Source: an uncultured Arcobacteraceae bacterium
Lineage (GTDB): Bacteria > Campylobacterota > Campylobacteria > Campylobacterales > Arcobacteraceae
Assembly: GCA_964022095.1 (NCBI GenBank)
Contig: CAXHZO010000001.1
Coordinates: forward strand, 64,001-128,000
DNA: 64,000 nt
Direction of reading: 5' to 3'
In this document: piece by piece, positions 30,067 through 41,075 of the stretch
How the letters are laid out: the number at the start of each line of letters is the position of its first letter
Numbering within the stretch: position 1 is the first letter of the stretch
The notes under the pieces: model-generated
What the model was told of the DNA's origin: nothing
The model's database searches: none
What the model saw: only the letters and a program-made list of their open reading frames with translations
Program-made: the position numbers and the translations under genes

Positions 30067-33000
30067 ATGTTTGATAAAGTATTAAAGTTTTTTATTGAAA
30101 ACTCAAGGGTTAACTACACACTGTTTGTATTGATTTTTGCATTGGGAATTTGGTCATACACAAAAACACCTAAAGAGATATTCCCAAGTTTTGATTTAGA
30201 TATGATATCAATTAGTGGTTCATACACTGGAGCTTCAGTTGATATATTAGATAAAATGGCAGTTACAGAAGTTGAAGATAATCTAAAGAATGTTGACTCA
30301 GTTGATACTATGACAACAGTAATTAGTCCAGGAAGATTCTCCATTATCTTAGAATTAAAAAAAGGTTTTGATAAATATCAAGAGAGCGATAAAGTAAAAG
30401 ATATTATTGCCTTAACAAAATCTAATCTTCCAAGTGATATGGATGAGCCAACAGTAAAAACTATGGATAGAACTAGAACTTTACTTGATATTTCTATTAC
30501 ATCAGAAAAGTTAAAACTTGATGAATTAAAACCTCTTGCTGATAAAATCAAAAGCCAACTTCTAAATATTTCAGGAATAAATGAAATAAATATATTTGGA
30601 GATTCGGATAAATATTTTGAAGTACTTTTAGATGACAATAAAATAGATGCATTAAATTTAAATAAATCACAAGTATTTGATGCTATTTCTACAATATCTT
30701 ATATTTTTCCAATAGGAAAGATTGAAGACCCTAAAAAACACTACTATATTTCAACATATAATGGTGCTAAAAATGCAATTGATTTTGGTAATACCTTACT
30801 TAGAATCTCAAATAAGAATATTTATGTAAAAGATATTGCAAAAATATCTAAAAAATATGAAGATTCTACTACAATGTACTCACTAAATGGAAAGAACTCT
30901 ATTTCTTTACAGATAGTTCAAGCAAGTAGTGCAGATGCAATTAAAATTGTTGAAGAAATGAAAAAACTTTTACCAAAAGTTTCAAAACAAAATCCAGATA
31001 TTAGTATAGAAATTTCAGATGATAATAGTGAGAGAATCGTTGATAGATTAAATATTGTAACATCAAATATTCTCTTTGGTATCATAATGATAACAATCTT
31101 AGTCGCACTATTAATTAATGCAAGAATGTCTTTTATTATTGCAGTTGGTATTCCTACATCATTTGTAATTGCAGCAGTTTATATGTACCTTTCTGGATAT
31201 ACAATCAATATGATTTCACTAGTTGGAGTTTTAATTGCAATTGGTATTGTTGTTGATGATGCTATTGTTGTAAGTGAAAATATTCAACAACATATTGAAG
31301 AGGGTTATCCACCAAAAGAAGCAGCCCTTTTGGGTGCAAAAGAGATGGTTAAACCTGTAACTATTGCTTCACTTACAACACTCTTCTCTTTTTTACCTAT
31401 ATTGATGATTAGTGGAACTATGGGTGAAGTTATGAAGCTTATTCCTATTGCATTAAGTGCATTAGTTGTAGCTTCTTTAATTGAATCATTTATTTTCTTA
31501 CCAATTCATGCGACACATGCTCTTAAAAATGGAGCAAAGGTAACTTCATGGGAAAAAGCCAATTATATATACAATAAGATTATTCACTTTTGTATGTACT
31601 TTAAAAAGACATTTATAGTTCTATTTATCATATTGGTTCCCCTTTTAATTTTCTATTTAATAAAAGAATCAAGATTCCAAATGTTCCCAAAATTTGATTC
31701 AACAAATGTTAGAATCACTTTAAAAGCAAATGCTAATACAACATTAGAACAAGCCTTTGAAATAGTAAGAAGTATTGAGTCTGATATTTTAAAAAAGAAA
31801 GATGACTTTTATATTAGAAATATTAACTCAATTGCAGGATATAGAAAAGACTTAGGAAATAACACAGAGAGATTTCCTTATGCAATGTATATGACTATTG
31901 AGCTTATGAAAAATAAACCTGAAAATTTTGTTGATAAATTCATAACACCCAATTTAAGTTTTTATTATGATGATGAGGGAAGAACAAGAGAATTAAATTC
32001 ACAACAAATCTCAAAAAAATTAAAAGAATATATAGATAAACAAGGATATAAAGCACAATTTAATTTAGAAGAAATTGCAGTACTAGAAAGAAGAGTTGGG
32101 CCTATTAAATCTGATATACAAATAGGTGTAGTAACAGCAGATAATCAAAAAGCAATACAAACTGTTGAAACACTTACAAAAGAGTTATCTTCTATGGAAG
32201 GTGTAAAATCAGCTTCAAATTCATTAAAATTTGGAATTGATGAGATTAAATTAAAAGTTAATTCTTATGGAGAACAATTAGGATTAAGTGAAGCTTTTAT
32301 TGGAAGTTACTTATCAAATCTTTATTTATCAAAGAAAAAAGCTGTTTCATTTGATGATAAAGAGATGTTAGATATTAAAATAAAATCAAAAAATAAAGAT
32401 GATTTTGAAAACTTTAGAAATACAAAAATTCCTGTAAATAATGGAGGCTTTGTCACTTTAAAAGATGTTGTTGAATTAAACTCAATTAGAGCATTTGAAC
32501 AACTTTTAAAAGATGATGGAATAAAAAACTTCTATATATTTGCAAATGTAAACCCTGATGTTTTAACTGCAAGTGAAGCACAAGAAAAACTTCAAGATTC
32601 TATAGATAAATTCAAAGAACAAGGTATTACATTTAAATTTAAAGGTGAAGCTGAGAAGAAAGCAGAACTAAAAAGAGATATGCTTTTAGCAACTGCTCTT
32701 GCATTGATTTTAATTATGATTTCTATGCTTTATTTATTTAATTCATTTAGAGAAACATTTATTGTAATGAGTGTTATTCCTTTTTCACTTTTAGGTGTTT
32801 TAGTAGGTCATTTTATCATGGGGATTAACCTATCAATGCCATCAATGATTGGAGCACTTGGACTTGCAGGTGTTGTTATAAATGATGGTATTATTATGAT
32901 GACATATCTTAAAAAAGCAAAAACACTAGATGAAATTTTCCAAAGAGCTACAAAAAGGTTTAGACCAATTATTATTACAACAGTTACAACACTTATTGGA

Positions 33001-33165
33001 ATGAGTACATTAATCTTCTTTCCAGCAGGACAAGCAGTTATTTTCCAACCAATTGGTATTGCACTAGGGTTTGGACTTGCTTGGGGAACTGTTTTAAATT
33101 TAATTTATTTACCAGTTTTATTTACATTGACACATAAACTAAGAAAAGAGATAGTTAAAAAATAA
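30067..33165 (+). CDS. RND efflux permease (AcrB/CzcA family)
   Basis: GIVVDDAIVVSEN, GVVINDGI and RFRPIIITT motifs. Confidence 0.92.
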   Translation: MFDKVLKFFIENSRVNYTLFVLIFALGIWSYTKTPKEIFPSFDLDMISISGSYTGASVDILDKMAVTEVEDNLKNVDSVDTMTTVISPGRFSIILELKKGFDKYQESDKVKDIIALTKSNLPSDMDEPTVKTMDRTRTLLDISITSEKLKLDELKPLADKIKSQLLNISGINEINIFGDSDKYFEVLLDDNKIDALNLNKSQVFDAISTISYIFPIGKIEDPKKHYYISTYNGAKNAIDFGNTLLRISNKNIYVKDIAKISKKYEDSTTMYSLNGKNSISLQIVQASSADAIKIVEEMKKLLPKVSKQNPDISIEISDDNSERIVDRLNIVTSNILFGIIMITILVALLINARMSFIIAVGIPTSFVIAAVYMYLSGYTINMISLVGVLIAIGIVVDDAIVVSENIQQHIEEGYPPKEAALLGAKEMVKPVTIASLTTLFSFLPILMISGTMGEVMKLIPIALSALVVASLIESFIFLPIHATHALKNGAKVTSWEKANYIYNKIIHFCMYFKKTFIVLFIILVPLLIFYLIKESRFQMFPKFDSTNVRITLKANANTTLEQAFEIVRSIESDILKKKDDFYIRNINSIAGYRKDLGNNTERFPYAMYMTIELMKNKPENFVDKFITPNLSFYYDDEGRTRELNSQQISKKLKEYIDKQGYKAQFNLEEIAVLERRVGPIKSDIQIGVVTADNQKAIQTVETLTKELSSMEGVKSASNSLKFGIDEIKLKVNSYGEQLGLSEAFIGSYLSNLYLSKKKAVSFDDKEMLDIKIKSKNKDDFENFRNTKIPVNNGGFVTLKDVVELNSIRAFEQLLKDDGIKNFYIFANVNPDVLTASEAQEKLQDSIDKFKEQGITFKFKGEAEKKAELKRDMLLATALALILIMISMLYLFNSFRETFIVMSVIPFSLLGVLVGHFIMGINLSMPSMIGALGLAGVVINDGIIMMTYLKKAKTLDEIFQRATKRFRPIIITTVTTLIGMSTLIFFPAGQAVIFQPIGIALGFGLAWGTVLNLIYLPVLFTLTHKLRKEIVKK

Positions 33166-33172
33166 CTATCTC

Positions 33173-35329
33173 TTAAAACTCAATATCTAATTTTAAACCT
33201 TTATACTCAATTTCTTCAAAATTAAACTTATTATTAGAAGCAATAATCTTTATATTCATAGGTTTTAATAATATCTCTTTTACTACATATAACCCAAGAC
33301 CTTTTCCTAATGATTGATGATAAGTAGTAAAATATGGCTCAAATATATGTTTTATACTCTCTTGAGATGTTCCTTTAGCATTATCTTTAATAGTTAATAT
33401 ATTTTGTTTGTAACTTATCAAAATTAGCTTTCTCTGGCCTTTACAATTCTCATTTAAAGCTCTTATACTATTATCTAAAATGTGTAATAAAGCTTGTTTA
33501 AATCTATTTTTATAAATTTTAACATTTATACTTTCTTCAATATCAATTAAAACATCAATTGTATTTTCTTTTAAAACTAACTTCATATGTCTAAGTGTTT
33601 CTTCAATTTGAATCTTAAGATTTGCTAGGGTTAATTCATTCTCATTATTAATAAAATCACTAAAAACATCAATTGTATTTGATAAATTTTGAGACTTTTC
33701 AAGTATCACATCACAACACTTATTAAAAGATTCATCATCTAATTCATTTAGATTCTTTTGAATTTTCATTCCACTAGCTGCACTAGTTATTACACTTAGA
33801 GGTTGTCTCCATTGGTGTGCAATATTTGTCAATAACTCTGATAAAGAAGCCATTTTATTTTGTTCAAAAATAATACTATCTTTCTTTTTACTAAGTTCAA
33901 TCTCTTTTTTGATTTTAATTTCTAAGTTTTGGTTTAATTCTTTTAGTTGACTAGTTTTTTGCTCAACTAATTTTTCTAGATTTTTTTTATTATCTATTTC
34001 ATATGTAATATTACTTAGAGTTACAATCAAAAATCCATCCACATTTTCATTAACATTTATGGAAAAATGTTCTAAATGATTTAGTGAATTATATATTGCA
34101 ACTTTAAGAGGTCTGTTCTCTTGTGAGAGAATATATTCAGCCCAATTTTTGCCATCATAATCTTTGTCAATAACATAATCTTTATTATCGATTTCTTCAA
34201 ATGTAGTACAAATACATCTATATTTTTCTTTAAACTCATCAAGTGTTTTACAATCCTTATAAAAATCTAATAATTTTTTATTCCCTTCTACAATTTCATC
34301 TCCATTAGTTATTATTATAATATTTGATTGTGAGTCTAAAAGAGTTTGTACTTTTTGTTTTTGTATTTTTATTTCATCAATTTTATGTTTTAAAATTTCA
34401 TTTAATCTATCAATTTTTTTATATCCAACTTTATATATAATAAACAAAAATCCAATTATAATTAATATTAAAATTAAAGATAAAATTGTATAAGAGTAGA
34501 GCTTAAAAGATTTTATTGAAGATTTATCAATACTTTTTAAATCAGTAAAACTAATCAGCCTTGCTAATCCATCACTTATATCATAACTAGTAATTAAATT
34601 ATTGTTAATTAGTCTGTAATTACTTGTTAAACTATCAAAAAATCTCTTATCTAGTTTTTCTAGTAAATCTGTATTTGCATCTATATTTGCAACATAAAAA
34701 TCTTTATAAAAAATATTAGTAAAAGGTTTTGATATTTTTTTAGATTCATTTTGATTAACTAAGATTATAGATTCAATACCATCTTGTTTTAAAAGTTTAG
34801 TTATTGAGTTAAACTTTGTACTAACTTTTATAAAACCTAAATAATCTTTATTCTTATAAACAGGTACCGTTGTAATAAAAGATAAATCATATTGATTTAC
34901 ATTTACCTCTTCTATAATTTCAAAATAGTTCTTACTACTTATTAATACGTCTGTCTTATCTTTCCAAGACTGATAAAGTAGCTTGGATTCTTTATCAAAA
35001 ACCTCGATCCATACATTTTTATAGTTTGTATTTTTTCTCAAGTCTAAACTTAGATTATTAAGATTTATTTTATTTGGTCTTTTACTTTCTAGAAGCTCAA
35101 CTAAAGCATAATCTTTTGATATTGAAACTGCTATTGCTGTGTTAGTATTTTTTTTGTCAGTAATTAAAGTATTAATTTTTTCTTTTAAATGTTTTGAATT
35201 AGAATTATACAAGTCATTTAAGAGTGTATTTTCTCTATTTGAAATTAATTTATTAGAAATAAATATCACAAATGTTAAAAATAGTACTAATAATAAAAGT
35301 TGCTTGATAAAAGTATTATTGTTTTGCAT
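33173..35329 (-). CDS. Membrane sensor histidine kinase (Cache-like periplasmic domain)
   Basis: Two TMs; IAHQWRQPLS, DNAKG and GKGLGL motifs. Confidence 0.88.
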   Translation of the reverse strand: MQNNNTFIKQLLLLVLFLTFVIFISNKLISNRENTLLNDLYNSNSKHLKEKINTLITDKKNTNTAIAVSISKDYALVELLESKRPNKINLNNLSLDLRKNTNYKNVWIEVFDKESKLLYQSWKDKTDVLISSKNYFEIIEEVNVNQYDLSFITTVPVYKNKDYLGFIKVSTKFNSITKLLKQDGIESIILVNQNESKKISKPFTNIFYKDFYVANIDANTDLLEKLDKRFFDSLTSNYRLINNNLITSYDISDGLARLISFTDLKSIDKSSIKSFKLYSYTILSLILILIIIGFLFIIYKVGYKKIDRLNEILKHKIDEIKIQKQKVQTLLDSQSNIIIITNGDEIVEGNKKLLDFYKDCKTLDEFKEKYRCICTTFEEIDNKDYVIDKDYDGKNWAEYILSQENRPLKVAIYNSLNHLEHFSINVNENVDGFLIVTLSNITYEIDNKKNLEKLVEQKTSQLKELNQNLEIKIKKEIELSKKKDSIIFEQNKMASLSELLTNIAHQWRQPLSVITSAASGMKIQKNLNELDDESFNKCCDVILEKSQNLSNTIDVFSDFINNENELTLANLKIQIEETLRHMKLVLKENTIDVLIDIEESINVKIYKNRFKQALLHILDNSIRALNENCKGQRKLILISYKQNILTIKDNAKGTSQESIKHIFEPYFTTYHQSLGKGLGLYVVKEILLKPMNIKIIASNNKFNFEEIEYKGLKLDIEF

Positions 35330-35425
35330 AAGACTATATTATATCCCTATTACTGTAAGTTATCATATCAATAATATTATAATGTAACTTTTTTTATACT
35401 AAATATTTATAAGTACCTTTAAAAG

Positions 35426-36187
35426 TTAAAGTATGAAAACAAAGCTTTTTATAGCACTTATACTAACTTCATAAGGTTCAACATTTATCTTTTTTAGTAT
35501 ATGCTCAATATTAACTAACATATTAGAAATAATTATTTCAAAAGAAAAATTAGAATGGTCAAAAATAGTTTCCTTTTTTTCTTTTATGTATCGTAACTGT
35601 TTAATTATATTTAAATCCGACAAATCACTGTTTTCTAATTCTATTTGCCAATTGTTCTGCCAAGTTTTAAATAAATATTGACCATTTTTATCTTTATTAG
35701 TTCTAACCTTCCATCTAATAATTTGAAGATATTCATAAAGTTTTAGCATATCTTCTTTATTGTATTGGCTAGCTATAAATTTATGTCCTTTTTGTAAACT
35801 AAAAGCATTGTAAATTAGTTTATACATCCCTAAAATTAAAAAATCATTTCTATTTCTAACTTCTTTTTCTAAAAAAGCATAGTATAAATACTCCTTTGAA
35901 GATTTTAATTTTTTTCCATTTTCGATAATATTTATATAGTTTTGTTTTGTTCTTATTTGGTGATTTATATTTGCAGATAACTTTTTATTAAAAGTGTATG
36001 GGTTTCTTAAATCAAGTTTTTTCTTATACTCTAAAAGAAGTTTTAAAACTTCACTTTTATACTCTTCTATTTGTGAAGCAGAATTTGTTTGAGCAATTGT
36101 TTTTATACTTTCGGAATTAAACGAACAAGCTTGAAAACTGAGAATTAAAATAACCATAAAAAATAGTTTAACATGCTTTAAATTCAT
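35426..36187 (-). CDS. Hypothetical lipoprotein
   Basis: FQAC lipobox-like N-terminus. Confidence 0.7.
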   Translation of the reverse strand: MNLKHVKLFFMVILILSFQACSFNSESIKTIAQTNSASQIEEYKSEVLKLLLEYKKKLDLRNPYTFNKKLSANINHQIRTKQNYINIIENGKKLKSSKEYLYYAFLEKEVRNRNDFLILGMYKLIYNAFSLQKGHKFIASQYNKEDMLKLYEYLQIIRWKVRTNKDKNGQYLFKTWQNNWQIELENSDLSDLNIIKQLRYIKEKKETIFDHSNFSFEIIISNMLVNIEHILKKINVEPYEVSISAIKSFVFIL

Positions 36188-36307
36188 TGAAATCCTTATT
36201 TAAATAATAATTTATTGTATCCTTTTGTAAATAAAACTCTCTTTTTATTTTTTGATATTTTAGCTTTAATAGTATATAGTTCAAACAAATAAAATATAAG
36301 GGATAAA

Positions 36308-36730
36308 ATGCCTATACAAATAAACCAAAACGTGAAAATATTATTTGAAGTAAGAGTTGATGGAGAACTAGTAGACGGTAGTAGAAGTAATAAGCCATTT
36401 GAGTTTCAATTTGGTGTGGGACAAGTAATCGCTGGGTTAGAAAAAAGAATTCAAAATATGAATGTAGGTGAAGTAGCAACCATTTTAGTTCCAGCAGAAG
36501 AAGCTTATGGTAAATATGATGAAAATGCAATTCAGACTTTACCTATGAGCCAGTTTGAAGGAATAGAAGATTTAAAAGTGGGAATGCAAGTTCAAGGTGA
36601 AGATGAAGAGGACCAGCCAATTCAATTTATCGTAAAAGAAATAACTGCAACTGAAGTTACAGTTGACTTTAATCATCCATTAGCTGGAAAAGATTTAGAA
36701 TATAAAGTAAAAATAGATTCACTTTTATAA
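36308..36730 (+). CDS. slyD: SlyD-like FKBP-type peptidyl-prolyl isomerase lacking the His-rich tail
   Basis: GQVIAGLE, EEAYG and VDFNHPLAGKDL motifs. Confidence 0.85.
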   Translation: MPIQINQNVKILFEVRVDGELVDGSRSNKPFEFQFGVGQVIAGLEKRIQNMNVGEVATILVPAEEAYGKYDENAIQTLPMSQFEGIEDLKVGMQVQGEDEEDQPIQFIVKEITATEVTVDFNHPLAGKDLEYKVKIDSLL

Positions 36731-36758
36731 AAAAAGCCCATCAAAGGATGGGTCTTTT
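36731..36758. terminator. Bidirectional terminator between slyD and valS
   Basis: AAAAAGCCCATC-AAAG-GATGGGTCTTTT between convergent genes. Confidence 0.8.
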
Positions 36759-36759
36759 A

Positions 36760-39408
36760 TTAACTTAATGTTTTAAGTTCAGCTTCCACTTTTGATAGTT
36801 TTTCTTGTGCTGCATTTAATCCAGCTTTATTCTCTTCAATAACTTTTGCAGGTGCATTAGCTACAAATTTTTCATTTGATAACATACCATTTAGTTTTGC
36901 AATTTCTTTTTCTAATTTCTCTTTTTGTTTAGTAAGTTTAGAAATAATTGGTGTCATATCAATTTCACCAGTTGGAATATAAACCTCTAAGTTATCACTT
37001 ACATCAGTAATTGAGTTTTCAACTTTAGAAGTTACAAACTCCAAGTTCTCAACTTTTGCAAGTTTTTCAATAAATGGCTTAGCCATATTTGTATCAATAG
37101 ACTTATCTAATTTAATATATGCTTTAGCAATTTTGCTATTACCCATATCAATAATTACTTTAGCTCTTCTAATAGCTGTAATTGCTTCTTCAATGATTGA
37201 GAACATATCTTCAATCTCTTGATTTTTTGCAATTTCTTTAGGGAAGGCATTAACCATTAGTGATTCACCCTCTTCTAAAGTTGTACCAGATAATTTATGA
37301 TATAAGTAATCAGAAATAAATGGCATAAATGGTGATACCATTTTTAATGTTTCTTTGAAAATTGCTCCAAGTTCAACAACTGAATCTTTACTAGCTTTTG
37401 CATACTCAATTCCCCAGTCACAGAACTCATTCCATACAAATTTGTATAAAATACTTGCTGCTTCATTGAATTTATAAGTATCAAGTGCAACTCTTAGCTC
37501 ATCAACTGCATCACTTAATTTACTTTGCATATAAATACCAAGTGGAGTTTTAATCTCAATATCAGCTAAATCAGGGAATGTATCTACATTTAACTGTAAG
37601 AAATTTGATGCATTATAAAGTTTATTTGTAAAGTTTCTAAACTGCTCTAAATTCTTAGCACCAAGTTTTATATCTCTACCTTGAACACAAAGGTATGCAA
37701 GTGTAAATCTAATAATATCAGCAGAATGTTCATTAACCATATCAAGTGGATCAATTACATTTCCTTTTGATTTAGACATCTTAGCACCGTGTTCATCACG
37801 TACTAGTGCATGCATATAGATATCTTCAAATGGTAGCTCTTTTTTAAAGTGTTCTCCCATCATCATCATTCTAGCAACCCAGAAGAACATAATATCAAAC
37901 CCTGTAATTAATAAAGAGTTTGGATAAAAATCAGCTTCATCAGTTGAATTATATAGATCTTCTAACTTATCATTATTTCCCCAACCAAGTGGTGACATAG
38001 CCCATAATGCAGAACTAAACCAAGTATCAAGTACATCTGGGTCTTGAGTGTAGTGTTTACCACCACATTTTGGACACTCACCTGGCTCATCAGATTTATC
38101 AGCCCATTGATGGTTACAAGAATCACAAGTAAATACTGGAATTCTATGTCCCCACCAAAGTTGTCTAGAAATACACCAAGGTCTTAATTCATCCATCCAA
38201 GCTGTATATGAGTTTATCCAATGTGCAGGATGAAAAAGTGTTCCATTATGCTCACCAGATGCTGCTCTATCTTTTGTAGTCTCTTTTGTTTTTCTAATAG
38301 ATTCTTGAGCCATCTCTGAGCTTAAGAACCATTGTTGAGAAATAAATGGCTCAACAATATTTTTACATCTATAACAGTGCCCTACTTGATGAACATGCTC
38401 ATCAATTTTTACAATATAACCTTCTTCTTGAAGTTTTTTAACTATTGGTTCTCTAGCTTCTAATCTTTCAAGTCCTGTAAACTCTCCACAATAATCATTT
38501 AAAATACCTGCTTCATCAAATACTTTAATAAATTCTAAATCGTGTCTTTTCCCTACTTCATAGTCATTTTGATCGTGTGCTGGAGTTACTTTTACAACAC
38601 CAGTTCCAAACTCCATGTCAACATGAGAATCAGTAATTACTTTGATTTTTCTATCAGTAAGTGGAAGTAATACTTCTTTTCCTACAATATTTGTATATCT
38701 TGAATCATCAGGATGAACCATAATAGCAGTATCACCAAAGTATGTTTCAGGTCTAGTAGTTGCTACTTGAAGCTCTCCACTTCCATCAGCAAATTTATAG
38801 ATCATATGATAAAACTTACCATTCACTTCTTCGTGTTCAACTTCAATGTCTGAAAGTGCACCATCATGAGTACACCAATTTACCATGTAGTTGTTTTGTG
38901 TGATATGACCATCATTATAAAGGCTTACAAAAGCTTCTTTTACAGCCTCTTTTAAACCTTCATCCATCGTAAATCGCTCTCTTTTCCAAGCTGGAGTAAC
39001 ACCTAATTTTCTCATTTGGTGAACAATATTACCACCACTAGTCTCTTTTTGAAGCCAAGCTCGCTCTAGAAACTTCTCTCTTCCAATCTCTTCTTTTGTT
39101 GTGCCTTCAGCTAATAACTGTTTCTCAACAACATTTTGAGTCGCAATTCCAGCATGATCAGTTCCTGGCTGCCAAAGAGTTTTAAACCCATCCATTCTTT
39201 TATATCTTGTAATAATATCTTGTAATGTGAATGTCAGTGCATGTCCGATATGTAAGCTTCCTGTTACATTTGGTGGGGGCATCATGATAGAAAAGTTTTT
39301 TCCTTCTTCTTGAATAGACTTATTTCCGTCTATTTCAAAGTAACCTCTATCTTCCCACATTTTATAAAATTTATCTTCTACAATTGATGGTTCGTATTTT
39401 TCACTCAT
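36760..39408 (-). CDS. valS: Valine--tRNA ligase
   Basis: PPPNVTGSLHIGH, KMSKS, WCISRQLWWGH motifs; C-terminal coiled coil. Confidence 0.99.
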   Translation of the reverse strand: MSEKYEPSIVEDKFYKMWEDRGYFEIDGNKSIQEEGKNFSIMMPPPNVTGSLHIGHALTFTLQDIITRYKRMDGFKTLWQPGTDHAGIATQNVVEKQLLAEGTTKEEIGREKFLERAWLQKETSGGNIVHQMRKLGVTPAWKRERFTMDEGLKEAVKEAFVSLYNDGHITQNNYMVNWCTHDGALSDIEVEHEEVNGKFYHMIYKFADGSGELQVATTRPETYFGDTAIMVHPDDSRYTNIVGKEVLLPLTDRKIKVITDSHVDMEFGTGVVKVTPAHDQNDYEVGKRHDLEFIKVFDEAGILNDYCGEFTGLERLEAREPIVKKLQEEGYIVKIDEHVHQVGHCYRCKNIVEPFISQQWFLSSEMAQESIRKTKETTKDRAASGEHNGTLFHPAHWINSYTAWMDELRPWCISRQLWWGHRIPVFTCDSCNHQWADKSDEPGECPKCGGKHYTQDPDVLDTWFSSALWAMSPLGWGNNDKLEDLYNSTDEADFYPNSLLITGFDIMFFWVARMMMMGEHFKKELPFEDIYMHALVRDEHGAKMSKSKGNVIDPLDMVNEHSADIIRFTLAYLCVQGRDIKLGAKNLEQFRNFTNKLYNASNFLQLNVDTFPDLADIEIKTPLGIYMQSKLSDAVDELRVALDTYKFNEAASILYKFVWNEFCDWGIEYAKASKDSVVELGAIFKETLKMVSPFMPFISDYLYHKLSGTTLEEGESLMVNAFPKEIAKNQEIEDMFSIIEEAITAIRRAKVIIDMGNSKIAKAYIKLDKSIDTNMAKPFIEKLAKVENLEFVTSKVENSITDVSDNLEVYIPTGEIDMTPIISKLTKQKEKLEKEIAKLNGMLSNEKFVANAPAKVIEENKAGLNAAQEKLSKVEAELKTLS

Positions 39409-39561
39409 ATAAAATTCCCTATAAATTTTCTTTAATTAGTCGCGATTATACCCATATTTTTCTTAAGTATATTTTTTGTGATTTAATACTAGAAAATAAT
39501 AATTAAATATAGTACAATAATTATAACAATAGTTAATTTTTAAATTATAAGGAGATTCAAT

Positions 39562-40239
39562 ATGATAAAAAATATAATTACAACATTTGCCCTTAGTGCA
39601 ACGCTATTAAGTGCATATAGCCTACAAAAAGACGGAGTTGAAGTTACATATACTAACTCTAATGATGAAGTAAAAAGTATAACAGTCAAAAGAGAAAAAC
39701 CAACAGAGTGTTTTAAAGTTAAATTTGCACCAGAAATTGTATATGGTGGTGATAATCAAGCAGCAAAAAGTGTTAATGAAAACTGTAAAAGAGCTTTTGT
39801 TACATACATGGGGAAAATTTCTAAAATGAAATTTTCTGATAAAGTACAAACAGTTGGAGAAGTTGAAGTTTTAGAGTTTATGGAAAAAGCTAAAGAGAGT
39901 AAAAGCATGCTTTTAGTGGATTCAAGAACTGAAGATTGGTTCTATCATCAAACAATTCCAAGTGCAACAAATGTTCCATATAGATACTTAAAAAAATCTC
40001 AATTTCCAGAAGAGTTTGAAGAATCAATTGAGAAACTAGGTGTACAAGTAATCGATGGTAAATATGATTTTAGTCAAGCAAAAGAGATTTTACTATTTTG
40101 TAATGGAGCATGGTGTGGACAGTCACCTGAGTCTATGAAATACTTAGTAGCTATTGGCTATCCTGAAGAAAAAATGAAATGGTACAGAGGTGGAATCCAA
40201 GCATGGATGAGTTTAGGTTTACCTGTTGTTAAACCATAA
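39562..40239 (+). CDS. Exported rhodanese-like protein (CNGAWC type)
   Basis: Signal peptide; LVDSR, FCNGAWCGQS and WYRGG motifs. Confidence 0.88.
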   Translation: MIKNIITTFALSATLLSAYSLQKDGVEVTYTNSNDEVKSITVKREKPTECFKVKFAPEIVYGGDNQAAKSVNENCKRAFVTYMGKISKMKFSDKVQTVGEVEVLEFMEKAKESKSMLLVDSRTEDWFYHQTIPSATNVPYRYLKKSQFPEEFEESIEKLGVQVIDGKYDFSQAKEILLFCNGAWCGQSPESMKYLVAIGYPEEKMKWYRGGIQAWMSLGLPVVKP

Positions 40240-40265
40240 AAAAAGTAGGATCTTCCCTACTTTTT
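40238..40265. terminator. Bidirectional terminator at the left edge of the Rhs locus
   Basis: AAAAAAGTAGG-ATCTTC-CCTACTTTTT. Confidence 0.8.
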
Positions 40266-40273
40266 AACTCATT

Positions 40274-40415
40274 TTAATCTAAGTTATTATCAAGTACTAT
40301 ATAAACTATTTTACAACTTTATTTGGAATACTCATATCCAAAGTTAAATATACTACTGGTGCAAGAGTATAGTTTGCTAATTTTTCATCTTAAGTAGTAC
40401 TAAGCAAAATATTTC
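40274..40415 (-). pseudogene. Decayed paralog of the 41245..41577 secreted protein
   Basis: Minus-strand translation NILLSTT*DEKLANYTLAPVVYLTLDMSIPN ... CKIVYIVLDNNLD* aligns to NISVGTTQDERLANCTPTSGVYFTLDMSTPN ... CKISYVVLDSTLN*. It has an internal stop, deletions and no 5' end. Confidence 0.85.
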
Positions 40416-40754
40416 TTATCTATACTGGATTGTATACACTTTACAGTATCCATTCATATTTGTACTACCTGACCACTTATCAAACGTTGTAGAAGTGTAC
40501 ACTCTAACATCATTTTTTGCATGGTATGCTGATAATATGGCACTATAAGTAGCCTCAAACCCTACATCATCTTTTTGAATATAATAACCATAACAATCCT
40601 CATGGCTATTTTCAAGTCTAAATATTACATCTCCACCCTTTGAAGTTGTTGTATTATATACACCAACAAAATTAATTTTTGTTATTGGAGAGTAAAATGT
40701 TGCAGATAACATACACGTTGTCACTAGTAATACTGAAATTAAAATTTTTTTCAT
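40416..40754 (-). CDS. Small secreted protein, AB5-toxin B-subunit-like (candidate)
   Basis: Signal peptide; Cys pair; FEATYSAILSAYHAKNDVRVY helix-strand motif. Confidence 0.55.
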   Translation of the reverse strand: MKKILISVLLVTTCMLSATFYSPITKINFVGVYNTTTSKGGDVIFRLENSHEDCYGYYIQKDDVGFEATYSAILSAYHAKNDVRVYTSTTFDKWSGSTNMNGYCKVYTIQYR

Positions 40755-40763
40755 ATTTTTCCT

Positions 40764-41075
40764 TTATTTTGTAATAGTTATTGATTTAGCAATCATGTTT
40801 TTACCTCTACATCCAGATATTCTAAATACTACATTAGTAGATGCATGGAATGAAGACAAAGATATAGATAAAATTTCATTATACATTTTATTTGTAGGAC
40901 TTACATAGATTCTTGGATTAATGCACCCCTCAACTACAGTAGGATTATCTATAGACAAGAATAAGCCTTCTTCTGCCGCTCCAGTTGCGATATGTTTAAT
41001 AGTTGAGGCAGGTAAGTTTGCATCTGCATTTGAGATACTAAATGCAACAAACATCAACAGTATTAATTTTTTCAT
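40764..41075 (-). CDS. Small secreted protein, AB5-toxin B-subunit-like (candidate)
   Basis: Signal peptide; Cys pair; YNEILSISLSSFHASTNVVFRISGC. Confidence 0.55.
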   Translation of the reverse strand: MKKLILLMFVAFSISNADANLPASTIKHIATGAAEEGLFLSIDNPTVVEGCINPRIYVSPTNKMYNEILSISLSSFHASTNVVFRISGCRGKNMIAKSITITK

